DNA of 64,000 bases, taken from assembly GCA_964016885.1 (NCBI GenBank), contig OZ024742.1, positions 354,640,001 to 354,704,000 on the forward strand. Direction: 5' to 3'. This DNA comes from Eledone cirrhosa. Lineage: Eukaryota. The notes under the pieces were generated by a model. It was not told where the DNA came from. It ran no database searches and worked only from the letters and a program-made list of their open reading frames with translations. Below are positions 40,975 to 58,429 of this stretch, in pieces (position 1 is the first letter of the stretch; every line of letters starts with the position of its first letter). The translations under genes and the position numbers were made by a program.

Positions 40975-41533
40975 TAAACTTATTATAATGTCATAATAGT
41001 TCCTTTGTTCTTTTTCATTAATATTTCTGCTCTGCTTATACGCATAGAGCTTAACTAGCTACCGTCGCATATTTGGTAGGTCCGACGTGATCATCGCGAT
41101 TCACATACGACCTACCATACATCTTGCTTATATATATATATATATATATAATCTGTCCTAAAGAGTTTGTCTCCTGATGTGTTCGAAGCTCGAGATTTTA
41201 TCCATAATAGGATATATCAAAATGCGGACGAGACCCGGGGTTAGCGACATAATCCTGGTATGTGTATAAGCATTTCTTGTAACTTTAATGTTATACTTAA
41301 TAGTGTATGGTTGACCATGTATTTAATCGATTTCCACGTGCTGTTGAAATGTTGGGGAACATTCCATGGCGGTTGGCCGCGAAGAGATTGCTGTCGTTTA
41401 TTTATTTTCTATTTCTTCATAGGTGCCTTTTAATCTTATAGCCTGGTCTAATTTATTTTTTGTGTGGTTAATTATGCTAATTGGGAGAGAAAATGGTGTA
41501 TATATATTATCATATGATTCTATGGTCATACTT

Positions 41534-41575
<42 letters not shown>

Positions 41576-42613
41576 AATATAGAAATGGCTTCTACAGGCC
41601 TAGAATTGCTTCATTCGAGAGAAATCATAAGACATCCAACTGCCAATGTTATATTGTGGTATTTATACATTTCCTGTTGGTAGGAGGGGGTGGCGATTCG
41701 AAAGGGTGGAAGTCAGTGATTTTATGCATGTCTCCCATCTTTTTCTCACAATTTCCTTAATCGTTTTCTTTTCATTACAAACAATCAGTTATAATTTAAA
41801 TTAGTTTATTTTACATTTATCATTTATTCATATCGTATGTTTCTCTATATTTCAAAGACTAATTAACATTTACCATTCGAAATAATTTACTCTATTCTTA
41901 ATCATTAAAAACATCATTTAACCCATTTACTTTACATTCCTATAATTAAACAGCAAATGTTTTCACTTCCAATGATATCACTATTAAGATACCATCAATC
42001 AGCATTTAAACATTAGTTTAATTTAAGGCTTATTTTATACATGAATCTCCATATAAAACTTAGTTAAACACTTAAGCAAATTTAAAGTATAAAGCATACC
42101 TGCTCCTCGTACATTTCTCATTGCAGGTGATTTTAAGTTCTAATTTTAAATATATGCTAATGATACTTTCTTTTTATCTGGTGTACGTTCCTGTCTTTTT
42201 CTTTTATCCTTACCTCGTACAAATGACGCTGGGTCAAGTCTGTTATATTTTAACTGTCTTTTTCACATACATATGTGAATTCACCATAACCGGATTTAAC
42301 CAGTAACGAAGACCTCTTTCACGTTCAGGCGATTTATGTAAGTAACATTAGCATTAAACCCTTTAAACGATCCATCTTAAATTAAATTCTGAACAGTAAC
42401 CATCGTGGAGACATTACTTCTCTCCATTACCCCGACTCTCTCATTTCAACATAGTCTATCTATCAAATGCCTTCAGTGTTGTGAATTAAACAGTCCTCGT
42501 ATTGTAGAAGTTATTTCTATGGCATTACTTCTCTCTCCCTCCCTCCCTGTCCCTCTCTATTTCTATATGTCTATCTCTCTCTCTTTCTTTATTTCTCTCT
42601 CACTCGCTTTATC

Positions 42614-42711
<98 letters not shown>

Positions 42712-42751
42712 AGTGCCCGTGTGTGTGTATATACAAAGTACACACACGCAC

Positions 42752-42861
<110 letters not shown>

Positions 42862-43571
42862 ATAATAATAAATTTGAAGACTAAAATCCAAAGAGGACTC
42901 GATAAGGATAAATATATATCAAATATATAAGAACCGTTTCAGAAGATCCCGTTAAGGGTGAAAGCAGCGATTCTTTGCTTAAACTTTAATCTGTTATTTT
43001 AATAAATATATATATATATATATGTATATATGCAGAGGTTATATTTAATTTGTTGGAATTCAACAAGCTTAACAATTTTAAACTAATTATTAATATTAGA
43101 TTATTAAATTAAATCTTTAATATTAAGGCAAATTTAAATCTTTAATTTTGATTTCTAATTTTGAACCTATCATTATAAGTATTGTAATCAAAACGTAATG
43201 AACCCTGAATTATAAATATTTCTGTTCCACGTTAATCTTATTTCTTCTTTAACTTAGATATACTTACGCTGTGTATATTTCTCCTTTGAAACTTATTTCT
43301 TCATGCACTCTATCTTCACTATCAATATATATAATCGTTCTTTCTTTCCTCTTCTAAAATTCTCCCTTCTTTTTTCTTTTCTTCTCTCTCCCTTACATAT
43401 CATGTTCTTCCAACAGTTTAAATAAACCGTTATCTTTTCAACCTTTCGGCCACTCATTTGCATACTCACTCATAACTTTGTATTACCCTCAATATCCAGG
43501 AAGCTCCAACCGTTAAGGTTGTCAATATTTATTTATAAATATTGTCAATATTTATTTATAAAACAAATCTG

Positions 43572-43636
43572 TATTTTATCTGATGAAAGCGTACCATAAT
43601 TTGTCTTGGTTGCCCTTGAAATATGTTTAATAAAAT
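43572..43636 (+). ncRNA. Type I hammerhead, 5' pLTR
   Basis: tattttat CTGATGA ... GAAA tatgtt TA ataaaat. Confidence 0.75.
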
Positions 43637-43824
43637 TTAATATGGTTCTATACATATAGTTTCCATTTATTAATATATTGTGTATTTACTCCAATAAACC
43701 ATTGAGTGCTTTATATCAGTTATAAAAAATGTTTAAGCTTGTTGAATCCCAACAAATTAAATATAAACTCTGCATATATTTTGCTCCTTTGTTGTTGAGC
43801 GTTTTAAATTATAACTGATTAAAA

Positions 43825-46040
43825 ATGGAATTCTTTAGGATCTCTTCTTCTCTAAAAGACATACCTTTACCTAAGTATAATGACTTTCTAAAACAACTTA
43901 TAGAAAAATCGGACTAATTTATAAGAAGACTCAGATGGCGTGCTTTTCATTTCGATAATGAATCTGATGCGAAAGAAAATATTTCCAATCTTGATAGAAT
44001 CTTCAAATCCAAAAAGAATCCACCTTCCAACAAACTATTAATGGAATTTGAAAATGAGATTATCTCTATCATACAAAGGATTACATTTAAGAAAAAAACA
44101 CTTTGTAGGCCAGGATTACCTAAACAGTCTCAAAAATAATACAGAAAACTTTGAAAAAACGAAAACAATTCTTGTTAAATCAGATAAAACCAACAATCTT
44201 TTCGGAATGCAAAGGATGATTGCAATGATCTTATATTGAAGGAATTAAGGAAGAATTACAAAAGAGCAACCAATGATGACCTTGAAAAACTAAATAGTGA
44301 AGCTTCTTATATAATGCAGGAATTAGGCATCGAACATAGGACTTAACCCTTCAAACCTAGGAACCAAAAATTAATTTGAAGGACCATAAAAGAAATTTTG
44401 AAATTGAACTACCAGTTAGATTGATTGCACCATGTAAATCGGACATTGGTATACTTAACAAGAATATTTTACATAGAATCATACCACAACTTAAGGAAAT
44501 ATCTTATTTAAAATTATGGAATGGGACTAATGAATTTATTGACTTGTTTAAGAACATTAAATATAAACATAACAATACATTCATTCAATTGTATATTGCT
44601 AATTATTACTCATCTATCACTCATAATTTACTTAATAAAGCCCTTACATATGCATTTAAATATATTGATTTAACTAGTAATGAATTGCACACTATCTTAA
44701 CTGCACGGAAAACATAAATTTAGCAAACACCTTTGGACTAGAGCAGATAGGGATAACAATTTCGATATCACTATGGGTTCATCGAACTCGGCGAAATTAA
44801 CGGATCTTGTGGGGCTTTTTATTAACAATATATTACATAGGAAAATACCAGAGATGAGCGGTGGTTTATAACGTGACGATATGCTATTACTTATTGAAAA
44901 TAATAATAATTGTGAAATAAATAGGAAAAGAAAAGAAATTATACACTCTTTTAATAGCGTTAATCTTAAAGTAGAAGTAGTGAATAACTATAAAATAGTT
45001 AATTTTTTAGATGTAACTTTCAACCTTAATACTGGTCTTTATTATCCATTTCATAACATAAATGAGAATTTAAACTATGTTAACTTTAATTCCAATCACC
45101 ACAGATCCGTTAAAAACACTATTGTAAATTCTATGCAGCAACGAATTTCTAGAATTTCAGCGAATAAAAATATATTTGAATATAAAGCACAATATTATAA
45201 CGAAACGTTAGGTAGAGCAGGCTATAGTAATGAAATTAAATACTTTGACAATAAGGATGTGCCAATTAACCATAACTATAAATATGATCATAATAGGAAA
45301 CCTTGCACTAACTCGAAAATCAAAAGAAAAAATAGAACTATACATATATTATGGTTCGCTCCACCTTTCTCATTAAGTTTTAAAACCCCTATAGCTAAAT
45401 TATTCTTTAAAGCTCTAGATAAGTGCTTTCCTAAGACACAGAGGCATTACTCAATCTTTAATTGACATACAATTAAACTCTCACATTCCACCACTATGAA
45501 TTTAGCGCAGAATATTAATAGAATTAATAATATAGACTTAAAACCTAACCAGAATAGCATCAATACCCCTAGCAATATCCAATATAATGTTATGGCACCC
45601 AATAATATGAATTCAGATAAATGTAATTGTAGAAATAAATCTAACTGTCCTCTAAATAATAATTATTTAGTTAAAAATATAGTATACAATTGTAATGTCA
45701 AAACAAATGAAAACTCGATTAACTATGTCGGCTCTACTTCCACAGACTTCAAATATCGTTTTAATAACCATAAATGTTCCGTTACGAATATTGGTAAAAC
45801 ATCTTCAACTTCTCTATCTAACTTATTATGGGACTTAAAATCCAAGAATATTAACTATTCTTTACTTTGGAAAATGATTTCCAAACCTCCTTCATACACT
45901 GCTTTATCCAAACATTGCTCACTTTGAGTTGAATATTATTTATATTAAAAAGTAAGAACTCCATTAATTTGCGAAATAATTTATTTAGTTCCTATAAACA
46001 TCGTTTAAACTCAACTTTTAAATATATATATAAAATGTAA
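43825..46040 (+). pseudogene. Naiad-type RT-GIY-YIG ORF, disrupted
   Basis: SLKDIPLP..FIRRLRWRA; KDHK..PVRLIAPCKSDIG; FDITMGS; GGL*RDD; VNFLDVTF; WFAPPFS; CNCRNKSNCPL; YVGST. Confidence 0.9.
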
Positions 46041-47335
46041 TATATGATTTATCTCCTTTACATAATGTTTTCTATATCTAGATAAGATTCATATATATTT
46101 AATTTACTCTCTATGATTACTTTATATCATTATCGATAGATTATAACATTTTTTTCATTCTTCCTAGATGCCACCTTCAACCTCAACAGCCAAATTATCA
46201 CACCCTTTCACAAAAACAATGAGAACCTCACCTACATCCACACTAGCTCTAACCACCCACTATCTATTATAAAGTCCGTGCCACATAGTATATCATACCT
46301 TCCAATATTTTTATTTTTATATCTTCAAACGTTTTTAATATATATATCCAAATGTTTATATATATGTGGAAAAACATATGATTTTTATATATAGCTTTTT
46401 TATATATATGTGGAATAACCTATGGTTTATACTTTAAATATATTCTTAACATAATTTTTTTTTTTTTAACTTTATAGCAAGTACATTTATGACTTCGAAT
46501 AAAATAACATATGGATCATGTTTTAATTATATTCTTAAGATAAAAAATGTTTAACTTTTTAACTGTATAACATTTATCCTTGGAGTGTTCTGTGATCTTA
46601 AAAAAATCACTTCTAATTTCCTTTACACTTCCTTAATATTTTTATATCATAATTAAGTGGTTATTCCTTTGTAAACATTTGTAAATTTTTCATAAATTTA
46701 CAATTATTTGGATGTGCAAATTTTGAGTTACAACTTTTACTAAAATAAACTATACTAGATTTTCTATAATGTAAAATACTATATATTTTTTTTTATAATT
46801 TATAATACTTAACACACATTTAAACTAATTATTAATATTAAATTATTAAATTAAATCTTTAATATTAAGGCAAATTTTAAACTTTAATTTTGATTTCTAA
46901 TTTTTAATTTTTCAACCTATCATTATAAGTATTGTAATCAATAAGTAATGGACTCTGCATTATAAATATTATTCTTCCACCTTAAACTTATTTCTTCTTT
47001 CACTTAGATATGTATACGCTGTGTATATTTTTCCTTTGAAACTTATTTCTTCATGCACACTATCGTCACTATCAATATATATAATCGTTCTTTCTTTCCT
47101 CTTCTATCTTTCTCCCTTCTTTTTTCTCTTTTCTTTTTTATCTTTTTTTCACTCTCCCTTACATATCCTGTTCTTCCAACAGTTTAATTTAAATAAACCG
47201 TTATCTTTTCAACCTTTCGGACACTCATGTGCATACTCACTCATAACTTTGTACTATCTCCACTATTCAGGAAGCTCCAACCGTTAAGATGTCTTTTTTC
47301 CGGGTATGTCAATATTTATTTATAAAACAGATCTG

Positions 47336-47400
47336 TATTTTATCTGAAGAAAGCGTACCATAATGTGCCTTGGGTGTCCTTGAAATATATATAATAAATT
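47336..47400 (+). ncRNA. Type I hammerhead, 3' pLTR
   Basis: tattttat CTGAAGA ... GAAA tatata TA ataaa. Confidence 0.75.
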
Positions 47401-47441
47401 GAATATGGTTTTATAAATATACTTTCCATTTATTAATATAT

Positions 47442-47488
<47 letters not shown>

Positions 47489-47907
47489 ATATATATATAT
47501 TTTAGTTGAAACAGTAAACAAACAGCAATGTGGAAGGGAAGGGGCACTGCAAAATGTTAATATTAGTTTCATGCTTGATACATATATACATACATTTATA
47601 TATATATATAAGTTTTATAAAATAAGAAGGAAAAATAGACACAATATACCTATTTTTTTTTCGTGCCGACTGTACATTTTCGCTGGTCACTATGCACAAA
47701 TGTTATATCATAGATATGTAACATTGTTGAGAGGTAAGCCAGCTTATCATGGGAGCACCTCAGGGAAGAGCCCTAACTACATACGTCCGTAGCAAGCGAG
47801 AACATCTCAAAAAGGCGGATGGAGACTCTATCACGTAATACACCGGCCAAAAGTATACAAATATACATGAACACGTAAGCCTACACAAACATCTTACACA
47901 CACACAC

Positions 47908-52503
<4,596 letters not shown>

Positions 52504-52564
52504 TAGAAAGTGTGGTTTTCTTTTCAAAGTGAAAAATAACCGAGGTGTCCTACACGAGTAAAAT

Positions 52565-52854
52565 TATAAAGAAAAAAAGATGGAATCTAAAATGCAACTG
52601 GAGTCTTATTTAAAAAATATATATATATATTTACTTGGTTCCTTTACCGGTTTCGCAGTTCTGCATTTCAAAAGTAGAGTTGAGATGGTGGGGCTGTGGT
52701 TTTTCTCACATCTGTGAGAAAAACCACAGACCCACCATCTCAACTCTACTTTTGAAAAGCAGAAGCACTGCGAAACCGGTAAAGGAACCAAATAAATATA
52801 TATACTTTTTTTTTAAATAAGACTCCATTTGCATTTTCGATTTCATCTTTTATT

Positions 52855-52861
<7 letters not shown>
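52565..52861. mobile_element. Fold-back mini-element (~146-bp arms, 2-nt loop) carrying a U3-A8 hammerhead (52749-52784)
   Basis: ctt TTGAAAA gcag-aagca-ctgc GAAA ccgg TA aag. Confidence 0.75.
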
Positions 52862-52896
<35 letters not shown>

Positions 52897-53252
52897 GTGT
52901 GTGTGTGTGAAATTTATGGTACGCTGATGTGTTTATGTATGTTTGTATACTTTTGAAATATTAGCAAACATAGACTAGATTTGTTATGCTATCTGGGAAA
53001 TAGAAATTGATTCACAATTGTAGGATTTTTAGAAGAGTTCTTCGTATTATTCCTCATTATTTTCCTCTATCTTTGGGAAAAGCATCTACATTATATTAAC
53101 CGTTCCTCCACATTTTAACCTTCAAATTGGAGATCAATCCTTTCACCCGTGAGACCCAAAAGTGTTCCCGTAAATCTCACGCTATATATAAGAATCTGTA
53201 TACATACATACATACATACGTACATACATACATACATACATACATACATACT

Positions 53253-53351
<99 letters not shown>

Positions 53352-54544
53352 GTTTATACATCTATATATGTATATGTATTTCATGTATATATAGCCGTAT
53401 ATTAAAACCGTAAATGTAAACTCGACGTATCACCTGGCCAATTTTATTTCATGCCTTTGTATTAGCAAAGGTTTATTATTTGCTTCGTTTTCAAATTTAG
53501 ACTTTGTCTTTCTTAAATGAGCTAATCTACGATTCTACAAGACACGCTTGACGTAAATAATTGAATTGGTTTTCCTATTTGAACATGAGTTATGTTTCAA
53601 TCTGTCCTCTAGTTGATAGTTATTTAAAAATTGGTTACTTTCCAAAAACCCAATACCATTTTGGGAGATAATTTTCCCAATAGATAAAATACTTTCTTCC
53701 TCCATTTAGAAAATTTGAGCGTAGAACCGATTTAATAACAGAGAGGGTGGTCTTTTCTTTCTCGTGACATCGGACGACAGAATGTTTCTTAAAAATATCA
53801 GTTCTCTGTCACTAATTAAATGAACGTCTGCCCAGTGCTCCCATTATTACAAAACTTTGCAATCTATCTTCCTTCTGAGATGCATCCTATTGAAGCTTTC
53901 GCCTAATTACATACCATAGCATAGATTATATTACAACATCGCTCTCATTTCAGGAATCTTTTTGTCGTCGAAGAAAATATGAACTTTTGTTATATCTTTA
54001 TCCTGAAAAGTCATATTAGTTTTCATTTTCTCCCCATCTTCTAAATGTCATCTGTCAAATAAATTTCCCTCTAATACAAGCAATTCTCTGCATTAGCTTT
54101 CTACAACCTATCCTATACTAATATAAAACTGTAATAAATTTTATAAGCTAAACTAATTCGGTTCTTGTACAGGCAGTATCTCATATTCAAATGAATATAA
54201 TCTCGAAGCTCTCTTAAATCTATGCAATATTTCCTTTGGGAATAATGAGCAGTGGAAGACAATGAAAATTCTCCAACCATTTTAACAGAGCAATACGGTT
54301 TCTCTTCCCAATCGAAACTATATCATCTCAGTTACATCGTTCTTTATTTCTTGAACAGTCAGAATCTCGCAATTTCTTCGTCCTCCTGCATGTCCATGGA
54401 ATTTACTCAATTCAAAGAAACCATTTTTTGTGAATGGCAAAACTTATACGGCAAAAAAGTTTCAGTTCCGGCATTTATTACTTTAATATCCTAGCGAGAA
54501 GCATACATGTCAAAGTATGTTATATGTTCATTACCCAAAATAAA

Positions 54545-54873
54545 GGATACTCAGGTAGAGACGCTACTTCTCCGAACTGAGTGATTACAGCAACGATAAT
54601 ATGAGCATGTAGTCAGAATATCACGGGAAAGAATCGCTGCACAGATTCTACGGGCACAACCAGCCGGAAGGAGACCTAGGAGTAGACCCAAGGCAAGTTG
54701 GTTGGATGACAACCAGGAGCTGGTGACGCTTGGAGATCCAGCCGTATCAGTTGGAGACAATTGCTTCTGACAGGGCCCGTTGGAATTCTACCCCCATGAC
54801 ATTCGAAGAAGAAGAAGAAGAAGAAGAAGAAGAAGAAGAAGAAGAAGAAGAAGAAGAAGAAGAAGAAGAAGAA

Positions 54874-54904
<31 letters not shown>

Positions 54905-54910
54905 AAGAGG
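54545..54910 (+). mobile_element. RTE-like LINE 3' end with (GAA)n tail
   Basis: YEHVVRISRERIAAQIL..GRRPRSRPKASWLD. Confidence 0.7.
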
Positions 54911-55099
54911 AGCACTCATGTACAATCGGACTAATCTAAGCAATTACTAGTGGAAATATGAATGTCAGAAGAACAAGTTGTAAAGGCGATCCTTTAACAG
55001 TTATGGCGTTTTATGATCATCGCTATCTTAGTTTATCTAAATGTTCATGACACGGATTAAATCATACCTATCGTACTTCACCAACGTTCGATACTAAAT

Positions 55100-55365
55100 A
55101 TAGCCGGTCAATACACTCTTGCATCTATCGACCGAAGCAAAAGCCTGAGCAATGGTTGACCAGCAGTCACCCATGCATGCCAGTTTCCCCTCTCGAAGCC
55201 ATTGGCCGATATATCTTCGCACTAGTGACGTCGCAACTCATTTCTAAAGCTGTGTAAACAGGAACAATGTGAAATAAAGTGTCTTGCTCAAGAACGCAAT
55301 ACAAAGTCTGGTCCGAGAGTCAAGTTCACAACCTCACGAATGTAAGCCCGACACACTAACCACAA
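55100..55365 (-). mobile_element. tRNA-derived SINE with V-domain-like motif
   Basis: Minus strand gtggttagtgtgtcgggc...ttcttgagcaagacacttt. Confidence 0.6.
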
Positions 55366-55396
55366 CATATTTCACTCAATATATATATATATCCAC

Positions 55397-56152
55397 TCAC
55401 ACTATGCTAAACCCATGATCTCCAAATACCTGATACTCAAAAACTCAGCAATGTCCAGTAGTGCTAAGTTTAATATTCTGATGCAGTTCTCTGGCTACAA
55501 CCAAAGAGACCGAATCAGAGTATACGAAGGAGCCACGGAGAAGTATAAGACCCTCATAGAACTAGACATGAAAGGAATTTGCCCATTATACAGGAGCAAA
55601 TCATGGAATAGCTTAGACAGGACTAGACATAAGATAGGGAAAGCCACCCCATGGTACGACAAACAGAGATACCAGAGTGTCATGTTGGTGGACGCTACCC
55701 CTGGAGGGAAATTAGCTAACCAGTGTAGAAAGGCCCGGAGAAAGATCCACTTAAAGATTAAGGTGGTAGAAAAGCCAGGAACCACCATAAAATCCCTGAT
55801 CAGCTAAATCTACCCTTTTAAGAAAACCCACTGTACTAATAGGAAATGTATTATATCTAAAGTAAACCCCCGGATAAACTGTAAAACTAGAAACGTAGTC
55901 TATAGCATAAGATGTACAGAGGGTACTTGCAGAAACATGACAACAGCATACACAGGCGAGACAGCTCGTAGCATAGGTGGAAGGATAGACCAACAATGGG
56001 GGGAACAAAAAGGACGAAAACAAAGTTCAGTACTATACGAACATGCCAGATAATAACACGAAGGTAACATAGACAACATAGACATTAGAATAATATCTAA
56101 ACATAGAAATGACCCAGCAGATAGGCAAATCAGAGAGGCCAGCGAAATAGAA
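55397..56152 (+). pseudogene. Third PLE lineage: thumb, linker and GIY-YIG fragment, cut off by the adjacent palindrome
   Basis: YAKPM..SA; SGY; LYRSKSW; TPGG.L; IKVVEKPG; C....C; VVYSIRC..C..YTGETARS; RQIREA. Confidence 0.8.
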
Positions 56153-56154
56153 CT

Positions 56155-56995
56155 GTATACATACATACATATATGTAGACAGACGTACTGTAGTATGTAT
56201 ATATATACATACATTCACACATATATATATTTATGTGCGTATGGGTTTACCGAACATTTATTATAATCTTCGGTTTGTTTGTAAATAAACATCCCGAATT
56301 ACGCCGTACAGTGTTCGGCAACCATCGTTACCCCTTTCGTTCAACACTGACAGAGGAACGATGAACTAGTTTCAAGCTTATTAGCTATCGTCAGCACCGT
56401 ATACCTTCCTGTCAGATGATTGAACGTTTGAAAGTATATACTTTCCCTATGTATATTAACGGCTGAGCGGACTAATTTGCATATCGAGAGAGTTAGTCGG
56501 GCGGGCGTACCGAAAACAATAAGTGGAAAATAATGAAATGAAATTTCATTTCATTCTTTTCCACTTATTCTTTTCGGTACGCCCGGCCGACTAATTCACT
56601 CCATATGCAAATTACGCTGCTCAGCCGTTAATATACATAAGGAAAGTATATACTTTCAAATGTTCAATCATCTGACAGGAAGGTATACGACGCTGACGAT
56701 AGCTAATAATCTTGAAACTAGTTCATCGTTCCTTTGTCAGTGTTGAACAAAAGGGCAACGATGGCTGCCGAACAACGTACGGGGTAATTCGGGCTGTTTA
56801 TTTACAAACAAACCGAACATTATAATAGATGTTCGGTAAACCCATACGTACATAAATATATATATGTGTGAATGTATGTATATATATACATACTAATGTG
56901 CATCTGTATACATATATGTATGTACGTATACATACATATATTTAAGTAACGGCCGTACTAAGAATGAGAAATGAAATTTCATTTCATTCTTTTTC
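56155..56995. mobile_element. Inverted dimer of a ~433-nt non-coding HHR unit (retrozyme-like)
   Basis: Axis at 56543/56544. HHRs at 56358-56400 (minus) and 56687-56729 (plus): acggtg CTGACGA t-agct-aata-agct-t GAAA ctag TT catcgt. Confidence 0.8.
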
Positions 56996-57306
56996 ATATA
57001 TATATATATATATAAAAACAAATAACGAAACGAAATTAAATATCGTTTCGTTTGTAACTCACTTTTGTATGACTGACGCTTAAACAATTAAGTTAAAAAT
57101 GTACATCCACATATGTATACTGAAATACTAGTAGGCATATGAATACACACACGTGTACATATGTAGATGTACCGAGTTTTTCACTGGTCACTTTACTGTG
57201 AGTGTCCAGCTATACTGTATTTAAACACACAGACAAACCGGTTTCTAGAGTCATACTGGTTTTTGAGGAAACACCTTTCCTCTATTCTTCAGAAAGCCAG
57301 ACAAGG

Positions 57307-57351
57307 AATATTGGACTAGTTTCGATGTTGTTACATCTCATCAGCAATATT
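57307..57351 (-). ncRNA. Canonical minimal type I hammerhead
   Basis: aatattg CTGATGA gatg-taacaa-catc GAAA ctag TC caatatt; GUC triplet. Confidence 0.92.
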
Positions 57352-57772
57352 TACCTATCTTCCGGCCTTTCTAGAGAATCGTAAAAGCACATATCGTAAT
57401 ATGCTTTTTCTATGAAAATTAGTAGTGGGCAGACTAATTTGCATAGAGCGTGAGTACGTACCGGTTCAACGGAGACGATAAAAACAAATAACGAAACGAA
57501 ATTAAATTTTGTTTCGTTTGTAACTCACTTTTGTATGACTGACGCTTAAACAATTAAGTTAAAAATGTACATCCACATATGTATACTGAAATACTAGTAG
57601 GCATATGAATACACACACGTGTACATATGTAGATGTACCGAGTTTTTCACTGGTCACTTTACTGTGAGTGTCCAGCTATTCTGTATGTAAACACACAGAC
57701 AAACCGGTTTTTAGAGTCATACTGATTTTTGAGGAAACACCTTTCCTCTATTCTCCAGAAAGCCAGACACGG

Positions 57773-57817
57773 AATATTGGAGTAGTTTCGATGTTGTTAC
57801 ATCTCATCAGCAATATT
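57773..57817 (-). ncRNA. Second hammerhead of the dimer (stem III mutated, CUC triplet)
   Basis: Identical to the first except ctag>ctac. Confidence 0.8.
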
Positions 57818-57965
57818 TACCTATCTTCCGGCCTTTCTAGAGAATCGTAAAAGCACATATCGTTATATGCTTTTTCTATGAAAATTAGTAGTGGGCAGAC
57901 TAATTTGCATAGAGCGTGAGTACGTAGCGGTTCAACGGAGACGATATATATATATATTTATATAT

Positions 57966-58190
57966 ATAAAAATAACAGATTAAAGTTTAAGCAAAAATCG
58001 GTGCTTTCACCCTTAACGGGATATTCTGTTTCCGAAGATCACGTTAAGTGTGAAAGCAGCGATTCTTTGCTTAAACTTCAATCTGTTATTTTATTAAATA
58101 TTTGCCCTACGGTTATATATATTTGATGTATATTTATTATTATCGAGCCCTCTTTGGATTTTAGTCTTCAATTTTATTATTATTACTATA
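57966..58190. repeat. Small dispersed family with fold-back (relatives at 18190-18295 and 42858-43010)
   Basis: Shared gatcccgttaagggtgaaagcagcgattctttgcttaaac; inverted arms at 57966-58095. Confidence 0.6.
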
Positions 58191-58236
58191 TATACATATA
58201 TATAAACATATATATATATATATGTATATATATATG

Positions 58237-58310
<74 letters not shown>

Positions 58311-58321
58311 CATATATATAT

Positions 58322-58425
<104 letters not shown>

Positions 58426-58429
58426 GATA

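Larger units (their letters stand above)
35277..41130. mobile_element. Palindromic Naiad-type PLE: inverted 3' UTR arm 35277-36860, ORF remnant, ~3-kb 3' UTR (mirror arm 39384-41025)
   Basis: About 1.6-kb highly similar inverted repeat; (TA)n at both ends. Confidence 0.9.
43030..47435 (+). mobile_element. Full-length decayed Naiad-type PLE with direct pLTRs (43078-43680 / 46822-47435) and a short inverted 5' piece (43030-43080 vs 43725-43775)
   Basis: Direct repeats, each ending in an HHR; (TA)n flanks. Confidence 0.9.
57012..57945 (-). mobile_element. Tandem dimer of a 466-nt non-coding HHR unit (retrozyme-like)
   Basis: Constant 466-nt offset at the start, the HHR and the end; (TA)n on both sides. 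Confidence 0.88.

Noticed and set aside
42935-42975. CAGAAGA...GAAA and similar motifs (10900, 12136, 2366-2447, 17460-17500) as hammerheads
   Set aside because: Core or NUH triplet is broken; they may be remnants but cannot be supported.
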